A stretch of DNA of 64,000 bases from Treponemataceae bacterium (GTDB lineage Bacteria; Spirochaetota; Spirochaetia; Treponematales; Rectinemataceae): contig CAXXGJ010000006.1 in NCBI GenBank assembly GCA_963677895.2, forward strand, positions 256,001 through 320,000, in the 5' to 3' direction. Below the pieces are notes generated by a model, which saw only the letters and a list, made by a program, of their open reading frames with translations, did not search any database and had not been told where the DNA came from. This document shows positions 1-8,898 of this stretch, in pieces; position 1 is the first letter of the stretch, and each line of letters begins with the position of its first letter. The position numbers were made by a program, and so were the translations under genes.

Positions 1-393
1 GCAGAGATAGACCCTACCATACTTTCGCAATGTGGGACGATTGTTGCCATGCGGTTAGCGAATTCAACTGATCGATCACACATTACTAGCACTGTAAGCG
101 ATAACCTTGAAGGTCTTTTTAGTATGCTACCTACTTTGCGTACGGGGGAAGCAATCATTGTTGGAGAAGCAGTACATCTGCCATTGCGAGTGCTTATAGA
201 CGCTCCTAGTAAAAGCCATCGGCCAGACAGCCACGATCCGATAATTTATGACCCTAAAGCCAGGAAAGGATGGAATAAATCCATTGAATCTGAAGACTAC
301 GCAACATTGCTTGAGAATTGGCGAAGCGAAAAAACTCATCTTAAAATTGATCAGGAGGTGAATAATGAATCTAATTCCGGTCAGCTCTTCTAA
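1..393 (+). CDS. C-terminal part of a HerA/FtsK-like (DUF87-type) ATPase, 5'-truncated by the window edge
   Basis: Frame is open from base 1: AEIDPTILSQCGTIVAMRLANSTDR...LPTLRTGEAIIVGEAV, the typical HerA segment after the QRP motif. Confidence 0.8.
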   Translation, partial: AEIDPTILSQCGTIVAMRLANSTDRSHITSTVSDNLEGLFSMLPTLRTGEAIIVGEAVHLPLRVLIDAPSKSHRPDSHDPIIYDPKARKGWNKSIESEDYATLLENWRSEKTHLKIDQEVNNESNSGQLF

Positions 394-574
394 CATTGCT
401 GCTATTGGCTATGAAGAAGGATCAATGACTTTAACAGTTCAATTTCTTAGCGGAACCCTCTATCAGTATTTTGACGTTCCGTCACAGGTTCATCAAGAAT
501 TAATGGTTGCAGGATCTGTTGGTACCTATTTTAGCCAGAATATTAGGAACAACTATCGATATACTAAACTCTAG
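365..574 (+). CDS. KTSC domain protein
   Basis: 69 aa: VSSSNIAAIGYE..LTVQF..G.LYQYFDVP...L..A.SVGTYF...IR..Y. Overlaps the HerA stop; GGAGG RBS upstream. Confidence 0.9.
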   Translation: MNLIPVSSSNIAAIGYEEGSMTLTVQFLSGTLYQYFDVPSQVHQELMVAGSVGTYFSQNIRNNYRYTKL

Positions 575-662
575 TAAGCTAATTTTAGATGTTCACTAAG
601 GTCTAGCAAGGTGTATAGTAAACAAAAACAGAAAATGTAATGCTGAGCGAACAGAGGCATAT

Positions 663-1994
663 ATGACTATTGGTATATTGATTTGCTTAGGGCTATTAGT
701 TGTTCTTGTGGCAATTTTACTCATTCTTTTTCTTCGGTCAAAGCCAGCTTGTTACGATGAACGATTCGCTCAAATAGAGAGCGGCCAAGATAAAATTGAT
801 CAAAGCGTTCGAAATGAAATCTCTCGAAACCGAGAAGAATCTGGTAAATTGCAGACTCAAAACCGAGAGGAACTCATCAAGACGCTTGAAACCTTCCGTT
901 CAGGAATCCTTACGTCTATGGGACAAATTGCAGAGATGCAAAAAGCGCAACTCCAAACTTTTCAAGAACAACTAAGTACCTTAACGACAGGGAATGAGCA
1001 GCGTCTTGATAAGCTGAGAGAAACTGTTGACGAAAAACTTCGCCAAGTTCAGGCAGATAGTGCGGAGAAACTAGAAAAGATACGGGCTACTGTAGATGAG
1101 AAGCTTCACCAAACACTTGAAACACGCCTTGGGGAGTCTTTTAAGCTTGTTAGTGAACGACTTGAACTGGTACAAAAAGGTTTAGGAGAAATGCAGGGGT
1201 TGGCTACAGGAGTTGGAGATCTTAAGCGTGTCCTTACTAATGTTAAGACTCGAGGAACTTGGGGAGAAGTCGCGCTTAAATCAATTATCGATGATATCCT
1301 TACGCCTGCCCAGTATGAAGAAAATGCAATAACAAAAAAGGGTAGTCAGGAAAGAGTTGAGATAGCAATCAAGCTGCCCGGACGGGGAGAAGATGGAATT
1401 GAGAAAGTTCTTTTGCCGATTGACGCAAAGTTTCCTAAGGAAGATTACGAACGGCTGCTTACTGCTCAAGAAGCCGGCGATCTGGTTGGAAGCGATGAAG
1501 CATTAAAAGCCCTTGCTGCAAGGCTTAAGGGCTGTGCAAAAGATATCAGAGATAAGTATCTTAATCCTCCTGCAACCACAGACTTTGCAATTATGTTCCT
1601 GCCTTCTGAAAGTCTTTATGCTGAAAGTCTACGACGTCCAGGTTTGGTTGAATCGCTCCAGAAAGAATTTCGTATTATCGTAACAGGCCCAACAACCCTT
1701 GCCGCAATTGTGAATAGTCTCCAAATGGGTTTCAGAACTCTAGCTATTGAAAAACGCTCCAGCGAAGTCTGGCAAATTCTTGGGGCTGTAAAGACTGAAT
1801 TTGTTAAGTTTGGTGAAATTCTGGAGAAGACAAAGAAAAAGATACAAGAAGCAGGAGATACTATCGAGACAGCTTCAACTAAATCGAGAAAAATACAATC
1901 AAAGCTAAGAAGTGTAGAAGCTATGCCAGATATACCGATTGCCGGGCTTTTACCGACTGAAGCAAGCGATTTTCAAGATGATGCACAAGCCTAA
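663..1994 (+). CDS. rmuC: DNA recombination protein RmuC family
   Basis: N-terminal TM helix, long coiled coil, then NVKTRGTWGE, LPIDAKFP, TTDFAIMFLPSE and SLQMGFRTLAIEKRSSEVW motifs. Confidence 0.92.
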   Translation: MTIGILICLGLLVVLVAILLILFLRSKPACYDERFAQIESGQDKIDQSVRNEISRNREESGKLQTQNREELIKTLETFRSGILTSMGQIAEMQKAQLQTFQEQLSTLTTGNEQRLDKLRETVDEKLRQVQADSAEKLEKIRATVDEKLHQTLETRLGESFKLVSERLELVQKGLGEMQGLATGVGDLKRVLTNVKTRGTWGEVALKSIIDDILTPAQYEENAITKKGSQERVEIAIKLPGRGEDGIEKVLLPIDAKFPKEDYERLLTAQEAGDLVGSDEALKALAARLKGCAKDIRDKYLNPPATTDFAIMFLPSESLYAESLRRPGLVESLQKEFRIIVTGPTTLAAIVNSLQMGFRTLAIEKRSSEVWQILGAVKTEFVKFGEILEKTKKKIQEAGDTIETASTKSRKIQSKLRSVEAMPDIPIAGLLPTEASDFQDDAQA

Positions 1995-2042
1995 GGTAAT
2001 GCTATTATTCATAGAAGATTCTTGTTGATGGATTGAATATTT

Positions 2043-2065
2043 CCCGATAATCTGGTATTATCGGG
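2043..2065. promoter_or_regulatory. Inverted repeat CCCGATAAT-CTGGT-ATTATCGGG; candidate recombinase core/binding site
   Basis: Perfect 9-bp arms ending 3 bp before the recombinase ATG; ATAA-N7-TTAT core resembles Xer/dif-type sites. Confidence 0.6.
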
Positions 2066-2068
2066 TAT

Positions 2069-3028
2069 ATGGAATCTGACCAGATTTCCCCTAGCAAAGA
2101 GCCCTCCTTCGACGTCGAGAGGGTCGTCCAGAAACTCCTCAGAGAGGCTCCCTCTCTCAAGGACCTCTCTCCTGATCAGCTCGACACCATCGCCAAGGCG
2201 GTCGTCCTCGAAGACCTGAAGGATGACCTCAAACATCGCCGAGACTTGGCCAGGGTCGATCTGACCAAACTCCAGGAAACCTTCCTTACACGGCAGAAGA
2301 GCGCCCATACAAAACGCGCATACGAAAGCGCACTTACCCTCCTTACGACCTGGGCACAGCGTGCCGGAGTCCATATTCTTGAGATGAAACCTCGTCATGC
2401 CGATGCCTTCATTGCGTCACTCGAAGGCTCTGCGTCCTCGATCCGGCTCAAGGTAGCGGTCGCCTCTTCGTTCTTTGCCTTCCTTACGAGGGAGACCGAG
2501 AATCGGGTCACGAATCCCTTCAGAGGAACGCGCGCCCGGCCAAAACGACAAACCTCCGCCCCGCTCGTCCCGACCGGCGAAGATGTGAAAAGCCTCCTTA
2601 CGGCTTCAGAAGGGAGCCTGCATGCCGCAATCCTCTGCATGGTCGAGCATGGTTTCAGAATTGGCGCACTTCCTACGCTCGAGATCTGGGGGGCGAGGTA
2701 TAAAGCGTACTCAAAAGGGAAGCAACTTGCAGGTGAACTCTCGAGCGACACCATAGAAGCTATAAAGACGGCCGGGCTCGATCCTCGTCATCCTTGGGCG
2801 GAGACGAATCCTGAAGCGATTCGGGATGCATTCCGGTACCTCGCTCGGACGCTGCACAAGAAGGGGCTCACCAAGGCTCCCTACTCGGTCCATGACCTCC
2901 GGCACTATTACGCGATCAAGCAGTACCAGCAGGATCATGATATCTATCGGCTCAAAGAGCTTCTTGGCCACAGCTCAATCCAGGTTACAGAAGTGTACTT
3001 ATTTGGATTACACAGCTATTTTATATAG
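2069..3028 (+). CDS. Tyrosine recombinase/integrase (Xer-like)
   Basis: Catalytic residues present: GFRIG (R), SKGK (K), HDLRH (HxxR), LLGHSS (H), TEVY (Y). Visibly more GC-rich than its neighbours. Confidence 0.92.
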   Translation: MESDQISPSKEPSFDVERVVQKLLREAPSLKDLSPDQLDTIAKAVVLEDLKDDLKHRRDLARVDLTKLQETFLTRQKSAHTKRAYESALTLLTTWAQRAGVHILEMKPRHADAFIASLEGSASSIRLKVAVASSFFAFLTRETENRVTNPFRGTRARPKRQTSAPLVPTGEDVKSLLTASEGSLHAAILCMVEHGFRIGALPTLEIWGARYKAYSKGKQLAGELSSDTIEAIKTAGLDPRHPWAETNPEAIRDAFRYLARTLHKKGLTKAPYSVHDLRHYYAIKQYQQDHDIYRLKELLGHSSIQVTEVYLFGLHSYFI

Positions 3029-3295
3029 AACTATTAGCATATAATAGATTATCTAAAAATAGAACGTATCCCTATCTCTAAGGAGACATCAACCCAGGAA
3101 TAGCGAGATGAATCTCATCATCTCTTAACCTTATATTTGGTATGTACTTATTTATCCCGATGATAGTACTCTAGTGCCCTAATTATTATAACCTACTTGC
3201 GCAACTTCAGAACACTAGCAGGAATGACGATAATAGATAATTAACGTGACCTAGAAGGATATTGGGTCTATACTGGGGTATAAAGGGAGGAATAC

Positions 3296-4210
3296 ATGTC
3301 ATCGCGCGCAATTGCAGGGGAGTATAACACTAACCAAGTAATTGCTATGACTTGGCTGTTTTCTTCTAAAGTAATAAAGGAATTGGCCCAAAAGGGGGAA
3401 TCCTCGACTTTTAGTCGACTTATAAAAGCAGCAGATCTTTGGCCAAGGCTTCCTAATTGCGAGAAGCTGAGAATTCGTGATGCCTATGATATCGTCTATA
3501 ATATCCTTAAAAATGGCGACAATCGAAGTGCATACATTTACAAAAATGTTCTCACTCGTAAGCGCTTTCTTGGAATTCACAGCCTTAAAACAGCATCATT
3601 ACTTACGGAATTTCGGGTGGGAAATTCAAAGGCTGATGTAGTAATCTTAAATGGTACCTCCACTGCTTATGAGATTAAATCTGAACGAGATACTTTCCTT
3701 CGGCTTGGTAGTCAAATTAGTTCTTACCTCAATGTCTTTGACAATGTCTATGTTATCTCAAGCGAAGATAACTGCGAGCGACTTATGTCTCTTCTTCCCC
3801 CTCAAGTTGGAATTATGGCATTAAATAAAAGACAGTGCATAAGTACTATCCGTGACGCTCTCTCAAATAAACGCAATATCTCGCCAAGTATTTTTTTTGA
3901 TTCCCTCACCAGAAAAGAAGCTGAAGAAGTATTGAAACTATATAGCATTACCATCCCCAAAGTCCCAAATACCAAGATTCGAAACGAACTCAAATCCCTA
4001 TTCATTGAACTCGGAGCTTCCCGTGTGCACGATGGTGCAGTAACTGTATTAAAGAAGAGCCGGAGCCTTAGCCCTCTGAGTGATTTTCTTTTCCTTCTTC
4101 CTGATTCATTGAAAGCAGCAGGCTTAAGCATATCAATGCCCCTTACCGCCAGAGAGCAGTTAATCGACACGCTTGACCTAAGCCTTAATACAGCATACAG
4201 ATGGAGTTAA
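3296..4210 (+). CDS. sce7726-family protein with PD-(D/E)XK-like motif
   Basis: EFRVGNSKADVVILNGTSTAYEIKSERD (E..D..ExK); directly upstream of an sce7725-like gene. Confidence 0.8.
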   Translation: MSSRAIAGEYNTNQVIAMTWLFSSKVIKELAQKGESSTFSRLIKAADLWPRLPNCEKLRIRDAYDIVYNILKNGDNRSAYIYKNVLTRKRFLGIHSLKTASLLTEFRVGNSKADVVILNGTSTAYEIKSERDTFLRLGSQISSYLNVFDNVYVISSEDNCERLMSLLPPQVGIMALNKRQCISTIRDALSNKRNISPSIFFDSLTRKEAEEVLKLYSITIPKVPNTKIRNELKSLFIELGASRVHDGAVTVLKKSRSLSPLSDFLFLLPDSLKAAGLSISMPLTAREQLIDTLDLSLNTAYRWS

Positions 4211-4236
4211 CAAAGAATTAAATAAAAGAGGTTAAA

Positions 4237-5175
4237 ATGTATTACCCATATTTTCGAGGTAAACAATACGAGCTTGTGGCGATACGGGAGAATGCTCAAC
4301 TTATTGCAAATTCAAGCTTTATTCCGATTATTGAACCTGTAAAAGAAGCTTTCGGCCCTCTAGAACGTGCCTTGATGGAGCTCCACCAAAATAATGGGAG
4401 TGCCATCCTGATCATGAATCCACGACATGGGCAACTTGTTGAGGACCAATCAAGCTTAGAAGAATTATTAGCTCAAAAACTTCAGGCTTTTAGCACCCTA
4501 TCTATCGGGCTGATATTGTCACAAAACACAACACTTGCCGAAATCAGACGATTAATCTCGAAGTATTCATCGCATCCAATTACTCTTATTCATTATGGTT
4601 TCCCTGATGCAAAAAGCTTACTCTCCGCAACAACTGATCAACCGGCAGTAAAACAACATGTTTTTATTGAGGATAAATGTACAGATCTATATCCCCGTCA
4701 TTTTAAAAATTTAAAGAGAATTACTGTTCGCGACGGTTTTGAGCGAATGTCAAATAAAAATTACCCACCATTCGGAGCCTTCTCCGATCGCCATATCAAC
4801 TTCAACGAGAGAGGCTTTGATGGCTTTGGCGACTTTCTAATAGTTGGCGATGATTACTCAGAGACTGGTGGACCAGCATATGCGGTCGCAATACATCTCA
4901 CATATATCGACCCTGATCAAGATGATTCCATGTTTGTATTTCATTTTGTTTCTAAATCACAAGATACGCCGGCCGACCCGGCAGGAAAGTTTATAGAAGC
5001 GCTTGATAAACTATATTCAGAAGCAAAGCGTGCCAAGACTCCACTGTTACAGACAAAGGCTGTCAAGGAATTTCTCCATCTTCGAGAAATTGGACATTTC
5101 CCCGGACTTGGATATGTTAAAAAGCTTTCGATGCAACATCATCTCGAACTTATGGCTAACTTCTTCGCACGGTAG
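4237..5175 (+). CDS. sce7725-family protein
   Basis: Characteristic start MYYPYFRGKQYEL, PIIEPV, GFGDFLIVGDDYSETGGPAYAVAIHLTY, and C-terminal GLGYVKKLSMQHH. Confidence 0.85.
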   Translation: MYYPYFRGKQYELVAIRENAQLIANSSFIPIIEPVKEAFGPLERALMELHQNNGSAILIMNPRHGQLVEDQSSLEELLAQKLQAFSTLSIGLILSQNTTLAEIRRLISKYSSHPITLIHYGFPDAKSLLSATTDQPAVKQHVFIEDKCTDLYPRHFKNLKRITVRDGFERMSNKNYPPFGAFSDRHINFNERGFDGFGDFLIVGDDYSETGGPAYAVAIHLTYIDPDQDDSMFVFHFVSKSQDTPADPAGKFIEALDKLYSEAKRAKTPLLQTKAVKEFLHLREIGHFPGLGYVKKLSMQHHLELMANFFAR

Positions 5176-6209
5176 TGAGCATAATGGGTTGTTGCCCTAA
5201 CTGTTTTGATGATGACTATCTCAAAGATGAGGTTTTCCCTCGATATTCCACTAACCGTGGAGTATGTGCTTATTGCGGAGCAACTGATCAGGCTTTGATT
5301 GATCCACTTTTTTTTCGAGATAGCTTTGAAATACTACTAGGTATTTATTCACAACGCGAAGATGGTATCCGACTGATCGATCACCTTCGTCATGATTGGA
5401 ATCTGTTCCCTCAAGGGAACATTTCAGATCAAGCCACTGAAGAATTGCTTAACCGAATCTTTGACGACAACTCAATTTCAACGATGCGCTATCGACTTAA
5501 TGCTAATCCTACAACAAATTCACTCGATTCATGGCAGGACTTTAAGGAAGAGCTTTGTCACCGCAATCGATTCTTTCTGAAATCAGACCTAAACCTTGAT
5601 AGAATCAAGATTTTATTAGGGTTTCTTGAATGCAAACCATCGAGTATACCTGCACAGTTGTTTCGTGCAAGAATTCAAGAGGGAGACAGTCCGATCCCAT
5701 TAACACAGATGGGACCACCGCCACCCCGACTCGCCTCTCATGGACGCGCAAATCCTCCGGGAATCCCATATCTATATATGGCAAGTGATCCAAAAACAGC
5801 CATCTCCGAGCTTCGCCCGTACACAAGTGATATTACTACTGTCGCAGCACTTTCCCTAATTCCAGGTCTACTGTTTGTTGACCTCCGATTTCCCCGAAAG
5901 ACAGCCTCACCGTTCAAGTTTGGTGATGAAGACCAACTAATGTTATTACAGCAAGACCTTACATTTTTGGATCAGTTGGGAAATGAATTGACTCGACCTA
6001 TCAATCCTCGATCTGCCCATATAGAATACCTGCCAAGCCAGTATCTTTGCGAGTTTATAAAACACTGTGGATATGACGGGGTTATTTATCGTAGCTCTGT
6101 CGCTGCTGGTATAAACTACGCTTTATTCTATCCAGCAAATGCTTCACTTACAGAAATCACTACATATTCGGTGGATAGAGTATCTGTAGATATTTCTAAA
6201 GCTTCTTAA
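5175..6209 (+). CDS. RES-domain protein (predicted NAD+-consuming toxin) with Cys-rich N-terminal domain
   Basis: CCPNC..CAYC at the N-terminus; LFRAR, GRANPPGIPYLY, AISELRP, YLPSQY..EFIK..GYDGVIYRSS. GTG start overlaps the upstream TAG. Confidence 0.9.
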   Translation: MSIMGCCPNCFDDDYLKDEVFPRYSTNRGVCAYCGATDQALIDPLFFRDSFEILLGIYSQREDGIRLIDHLRHDWNLFPQGNISDQATEELLNRIFDDNSISTMRYRLNANPTTNSLDSWQDFKEELCHRNRFFLKSDLNLDRIKILLGFLECKPSSIPAQLFRARIQEGDSPIPLTQMGPPPPRLASHGRANPPGIPYLYMASDPKTAISELRPYTSDITTVAALSLIPGLLFVDLRFPRKTASPFKFGDEDQLMLLQQDLTFLDQLGNELTRPINPRSAHIEYLPSQYLCEFIKHCGYDGVIYRSSVAAGINYALFYPANASLTEITTYSVDRVSVDISKAS

Positions 6210-6242
6210 TTTGAGATCGGTTGAACTGGCGTAAAATCACAA

Positions 6243-6516
6243 TATCGGGCATATAGAATCCTACTAGAGTGCCCTTCGCGAAAAGCTCTCCGACGTCAAG
6301 CGGGTGGCCCAGAAGCCTTTCAGGGGAACCTTCTCTGAAGGATCTCTCTACCGATCAGATCGAGGATCTGATGCTCGGTTTACGATAAGCAACACTACTT
6401 CGCAAACAAGTAGTACGAGCCAGATAATGAATTTATATCGCATTAAAGAACTTCTAGGGCATTGCAGCATTCAAGTTACAGAAACCTATCTTCGGGGAAT
6501 TGAAAGCTACCTTTAG
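6243..6516 (+). pseudogene. Internally deleted, decayed paralog of the 2069-3028 recombinase
   Basis: 5' part (tatcgggcatatag...cgacgtcaagcgggtggcccagaagcc...aaggatctctctaccgatcagatcga) matches about 2059-2184. 3' part encodes LYRIKELLGHCSIQVTETYL versus IYRLKELLGHSSIQVTEVYL. Confidence 0.85.
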
Positions 6517-6525
6517 TATAACCTC

Positions 6526-7671
6526 TTAAAATGAGAGACTTATTTTTGCAGGCTTCATCGAAAGCAATTTCAAGTAAGGAAGAGCACCATCATACTGCTG
6601 ATCATCAGCAGGCGTGACGATCACATCAAATCCTAATTCTAGTGATGCGCCGAAAGGGGAAGTGATTGTCGACGTTGAGAAAGATTTTCGTAAATTGCTT
6701 TCTTCAATAAAGAGAACAAAGAGGCTGCTTTCTCCCCGGTTTCCCAATAACGATAGATCGACAGAATGGCACACTACTCGATCTCGGGAAAGCCATTTTA
6801 TTGGAATTACATTACTAAAATAGTATCCTTCCTGTTCTTCAAAGCTGTTAGGATTAGTTAGGAGGTCAAAATTCCTATTCACTTCTTCTTTACCATGATA
6901 TCGCTTCAGGGTTTCAGTACCCTTCAGGAATGATGCGTTTTCTTTCTCTTCTTGAGTTTTATAGTATTGTGCCTTTTCTCTGTCCGCTTGGATTTTCGCA
7001 TACTGTGCTTCAGCATCTGAAAAAGCTTTTGCTAGTTCAGTCTTACCTTGATCTTCCAAGTACATCGCGGGAGTGAATGAGTAGAGTAGCTCTGAAGAAG
7101 TCGAATAGATCAAATATGGGATGGTTGGATCTAGACCCTTGTCAACAAGCCAGGGTAAAAGCTTCACTAGCCCACTTTTTTGGGAAAATGAAATAATGAG
7201 CGCTGAATCAGTTAATTGGAATTTTTCATTGTTCGGCAATGTCTTCTCTAGTTTTTTATTAAAATCATACCCATAATTCAATAGAGTCTGAAGATAACTT
7301 TTTATCTTGTCACTATCATCTATCGAATCCACTAAAGTGACGAATAAATCCCTATCGACCTGTTCATCATTCAGTTGATAAACAGCGTTTGGATCTGCGT
7401 TTGCTTCCAATATTGGATTTATGCAGCTAGCTGCATAAAAAGCGAGCGCTACTGCAATTAACGGAGCTCCATTATCAAATTCTCCATTTACTTTTTTAGG
7501 ATTCTTTCGAAGCCATTCACGACATGATACAAAATCATTGTAAATAAAGAATTTGCGTAGATCTGCCTGCTCAGTACTAGAAAGCTTTACTCTTGCTTCT
7601 TGCGCAGAGAGACTATTCACTGCAGCCAAAGTAATAAGCAGTACTAGCCCGAATAGCTTTGTCTTGCGCAT
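6526..7671 (-). CDS. Exported protein with ankyrin-like repeats
   Basis: Likely start MRKTKLFGLVLLITLAAVNSLSAQ (signal peptide, AGAGGA RBS); ILEANADPN, LLNYGYDFN, LVDKGLDPT repeats. Confidence 0.65.
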   Translation of the reverse strand: MRKTKLFGLVLLITLAAVNSLSAQEARVKLSSTEQADLRKFFIYNDFVSCREWLRKNPKKVNGEFDNGAPLIAVALAFYAASCINPILEANADPNAVYQLNDEQVDRDLFVTLVDSIDDSDKIKSYLQTLLNYGYDFNKKLEKTLPNNEKFQLTDSALIISFSQKSGLVKLLPWLVDKGLDPTIPYLIYSTSSELLYSFTPAMYLEDQGKTELAKAFSDAEAQYAKIQADREKAQYYKTQEEKENASFLKGTETLKRYHGKEEVNRNFDLLTNPNSFEEQEGYYFSNVIPIKWLSRDRVVCHSVDLSLLGNRGESSLFVLFIEESNLRKSFSTSTITSPFGASLELGFDVIVTPADDQQYDGALPYLKLLSMKPAKISLSF

Positions 7672-7805
7672 GTTTATATCTCCTCTATCGATGCTTCCTT
7701 TGAAAAGGCGCTGATATAAAGCTCCGTCAACCAATCAGTTTTTATAAGATAGATATTTAATAACGCAGCACATTCTTCTGTGGTTGTTTCTCTAGGCGAG
7801 AAATA

Positions 7806-7860
7806 ACTCTCTATAGAGAGTCGATCAACAATAAGAATAGCCATACTCTCCAGAGAGAGT
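7806..7860. promoter_or_regulatory. Two operator-like palindromes ACTCTC-N4-GAGAGT
   Basis: ACTCTCTATAGAGAGT (7806-7821, perfect) and ACTCTCCAGAGAGAGT (7845-7860), each followed by C(G/A)ATCAA; the second ends 6 bp before the HTH ATG. Confidence 0.75.
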
Positions 7861-7866
7861 CAATCA

Positions 7867-8073
7867 ATGAATAAACAAATCCAGGAGGTCTGCGAGAAGA
7901 TACGTCTCTTACGAAATCAGAAAGGTTTGACCATTCTAGAATTGGCGGAGAGAGCAGGTATTGCGCATAGCGCTGTTTATTACATTGAAAGCAAGAAGAA
8001 GGAACCGACTCTTTCAACATTGTTCAAACTCGCGGAAGCATTAGAGATTTCGATTGTTGAATTCTTCAGATAA
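7867..8073 (+). CDS. XRE-family HTH regulator (controller/C-protein-like)
   Basis: 68 aa: IRLLRNQKGLTILELAERAGI...IESKKKEPTLSTLFKLAEALEISIVEFF. Confidence 0.9.
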   Translation: MNKQIQEVCEKIRLLRNQKGLTILELAERAGIAHSAVYYIESKKKEPTLSTLFKLAEALEISIVEFFR

Positions 8074-8385
8074 CTCTTCATTATAAACTGGTTGGAAGTT
8101 AGACTCTTTCGCCAGCAACCGTTCTCGCTTAGCTTAGCAAAAAATCTGATACTCCTTACGACCTAATACTTAGCCTAATAAAGCATTCAGGAAAGCACAT
8201 CATGGAGCTTATCTATATATGTCATGGTATTGACAGTTCTTAAAAAATTCCCATAATGTCGCCTGTTGAAAAATTACTTCCTGTAAATTACCTTACCCGA
8301 CTCCTGGCACGACAGATACCTCAATCCTGACTACAAGATAAGTGTATCTGCTGGCAAATCTTGTCTCACAAGAAAAGGAGTCAAT

Positions 8386-8898
8386 ATGTGCGACATATCT
8401 AATCCAAAGAACGAAGAAATCTGCATCGAAGCTGGTGCTGATATCAACACCAGAGATTGTGACGGAAGAACCCCTCTCCACTACGCTGCACGCAATCCTT
8501 ACAAAGAGGCGGCGGAGTCCCTTCTCTCAAACGGCGCTGATATAAACGCACGGGATAATATTGGTTGCACTCCGCTCATGATGGCAGCCGCTTTCAATTC
8601 CAACGCTGCGATAGCCGAGCTACTGCTCGAAAAGGGTGCGGATCTCTACGCGCAGGACAATCAGGGATGGAACGCGCTTGACTATGCCAGGCTGCTGAAT
8701 CGTAACCCGCTCATCCAGGACATTCTGATCGGAAGAGGGCTTTCCCATGCATTAAACCAGGAAATCTTCGACGTCTTCCCTGGCACACACTCGATTCCTT
8801 TCGAGCAGCCCTCTGATGCGGATCAAGCCGCACTAGATGCAATGATAGATTCTTTAGCAGAGGAATCCTGGGACTGGGAGGTAGAACAATGCAAATAG
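8386..8898 (+). CDS. Ankyrin repeat protein with acidic tail
   Basis: GADINTRDCDGRTPLHYAA, GADINARDNIGCTPLMMAA, GADLYAQDNQGWNALDYA; AGGAG RBS. Confidence 0.9.
   Translation: MCDISNPKNEEICIEAGADINTRDCDGRTPLHYAARNPYKEAAESLLSNGADINARDNIGCTPLMMAAAFNSNAAIAELLLEKGADLYAQDNQGWNALDYARLLNRNPLIQDILIGRGLSHALNQEIFDVFPGTHSIPFEQPSDADQAALDAMIDSLAEESWDWEVEQCK

Noticed and set aside
2069..3028. Classical integron integrase with attC cassettes
   Set aside because: The IntI-specific insertion is not evident and I could not identify attC-like repeats between the cargo genes.
3153..3165. Additional recombinase half-sites (CCCGATGAT at about 3156; TTCCCATAAT at about 8248)
   Set aside because: Only one arm matches and such short AT-rich matches are expected by chance.
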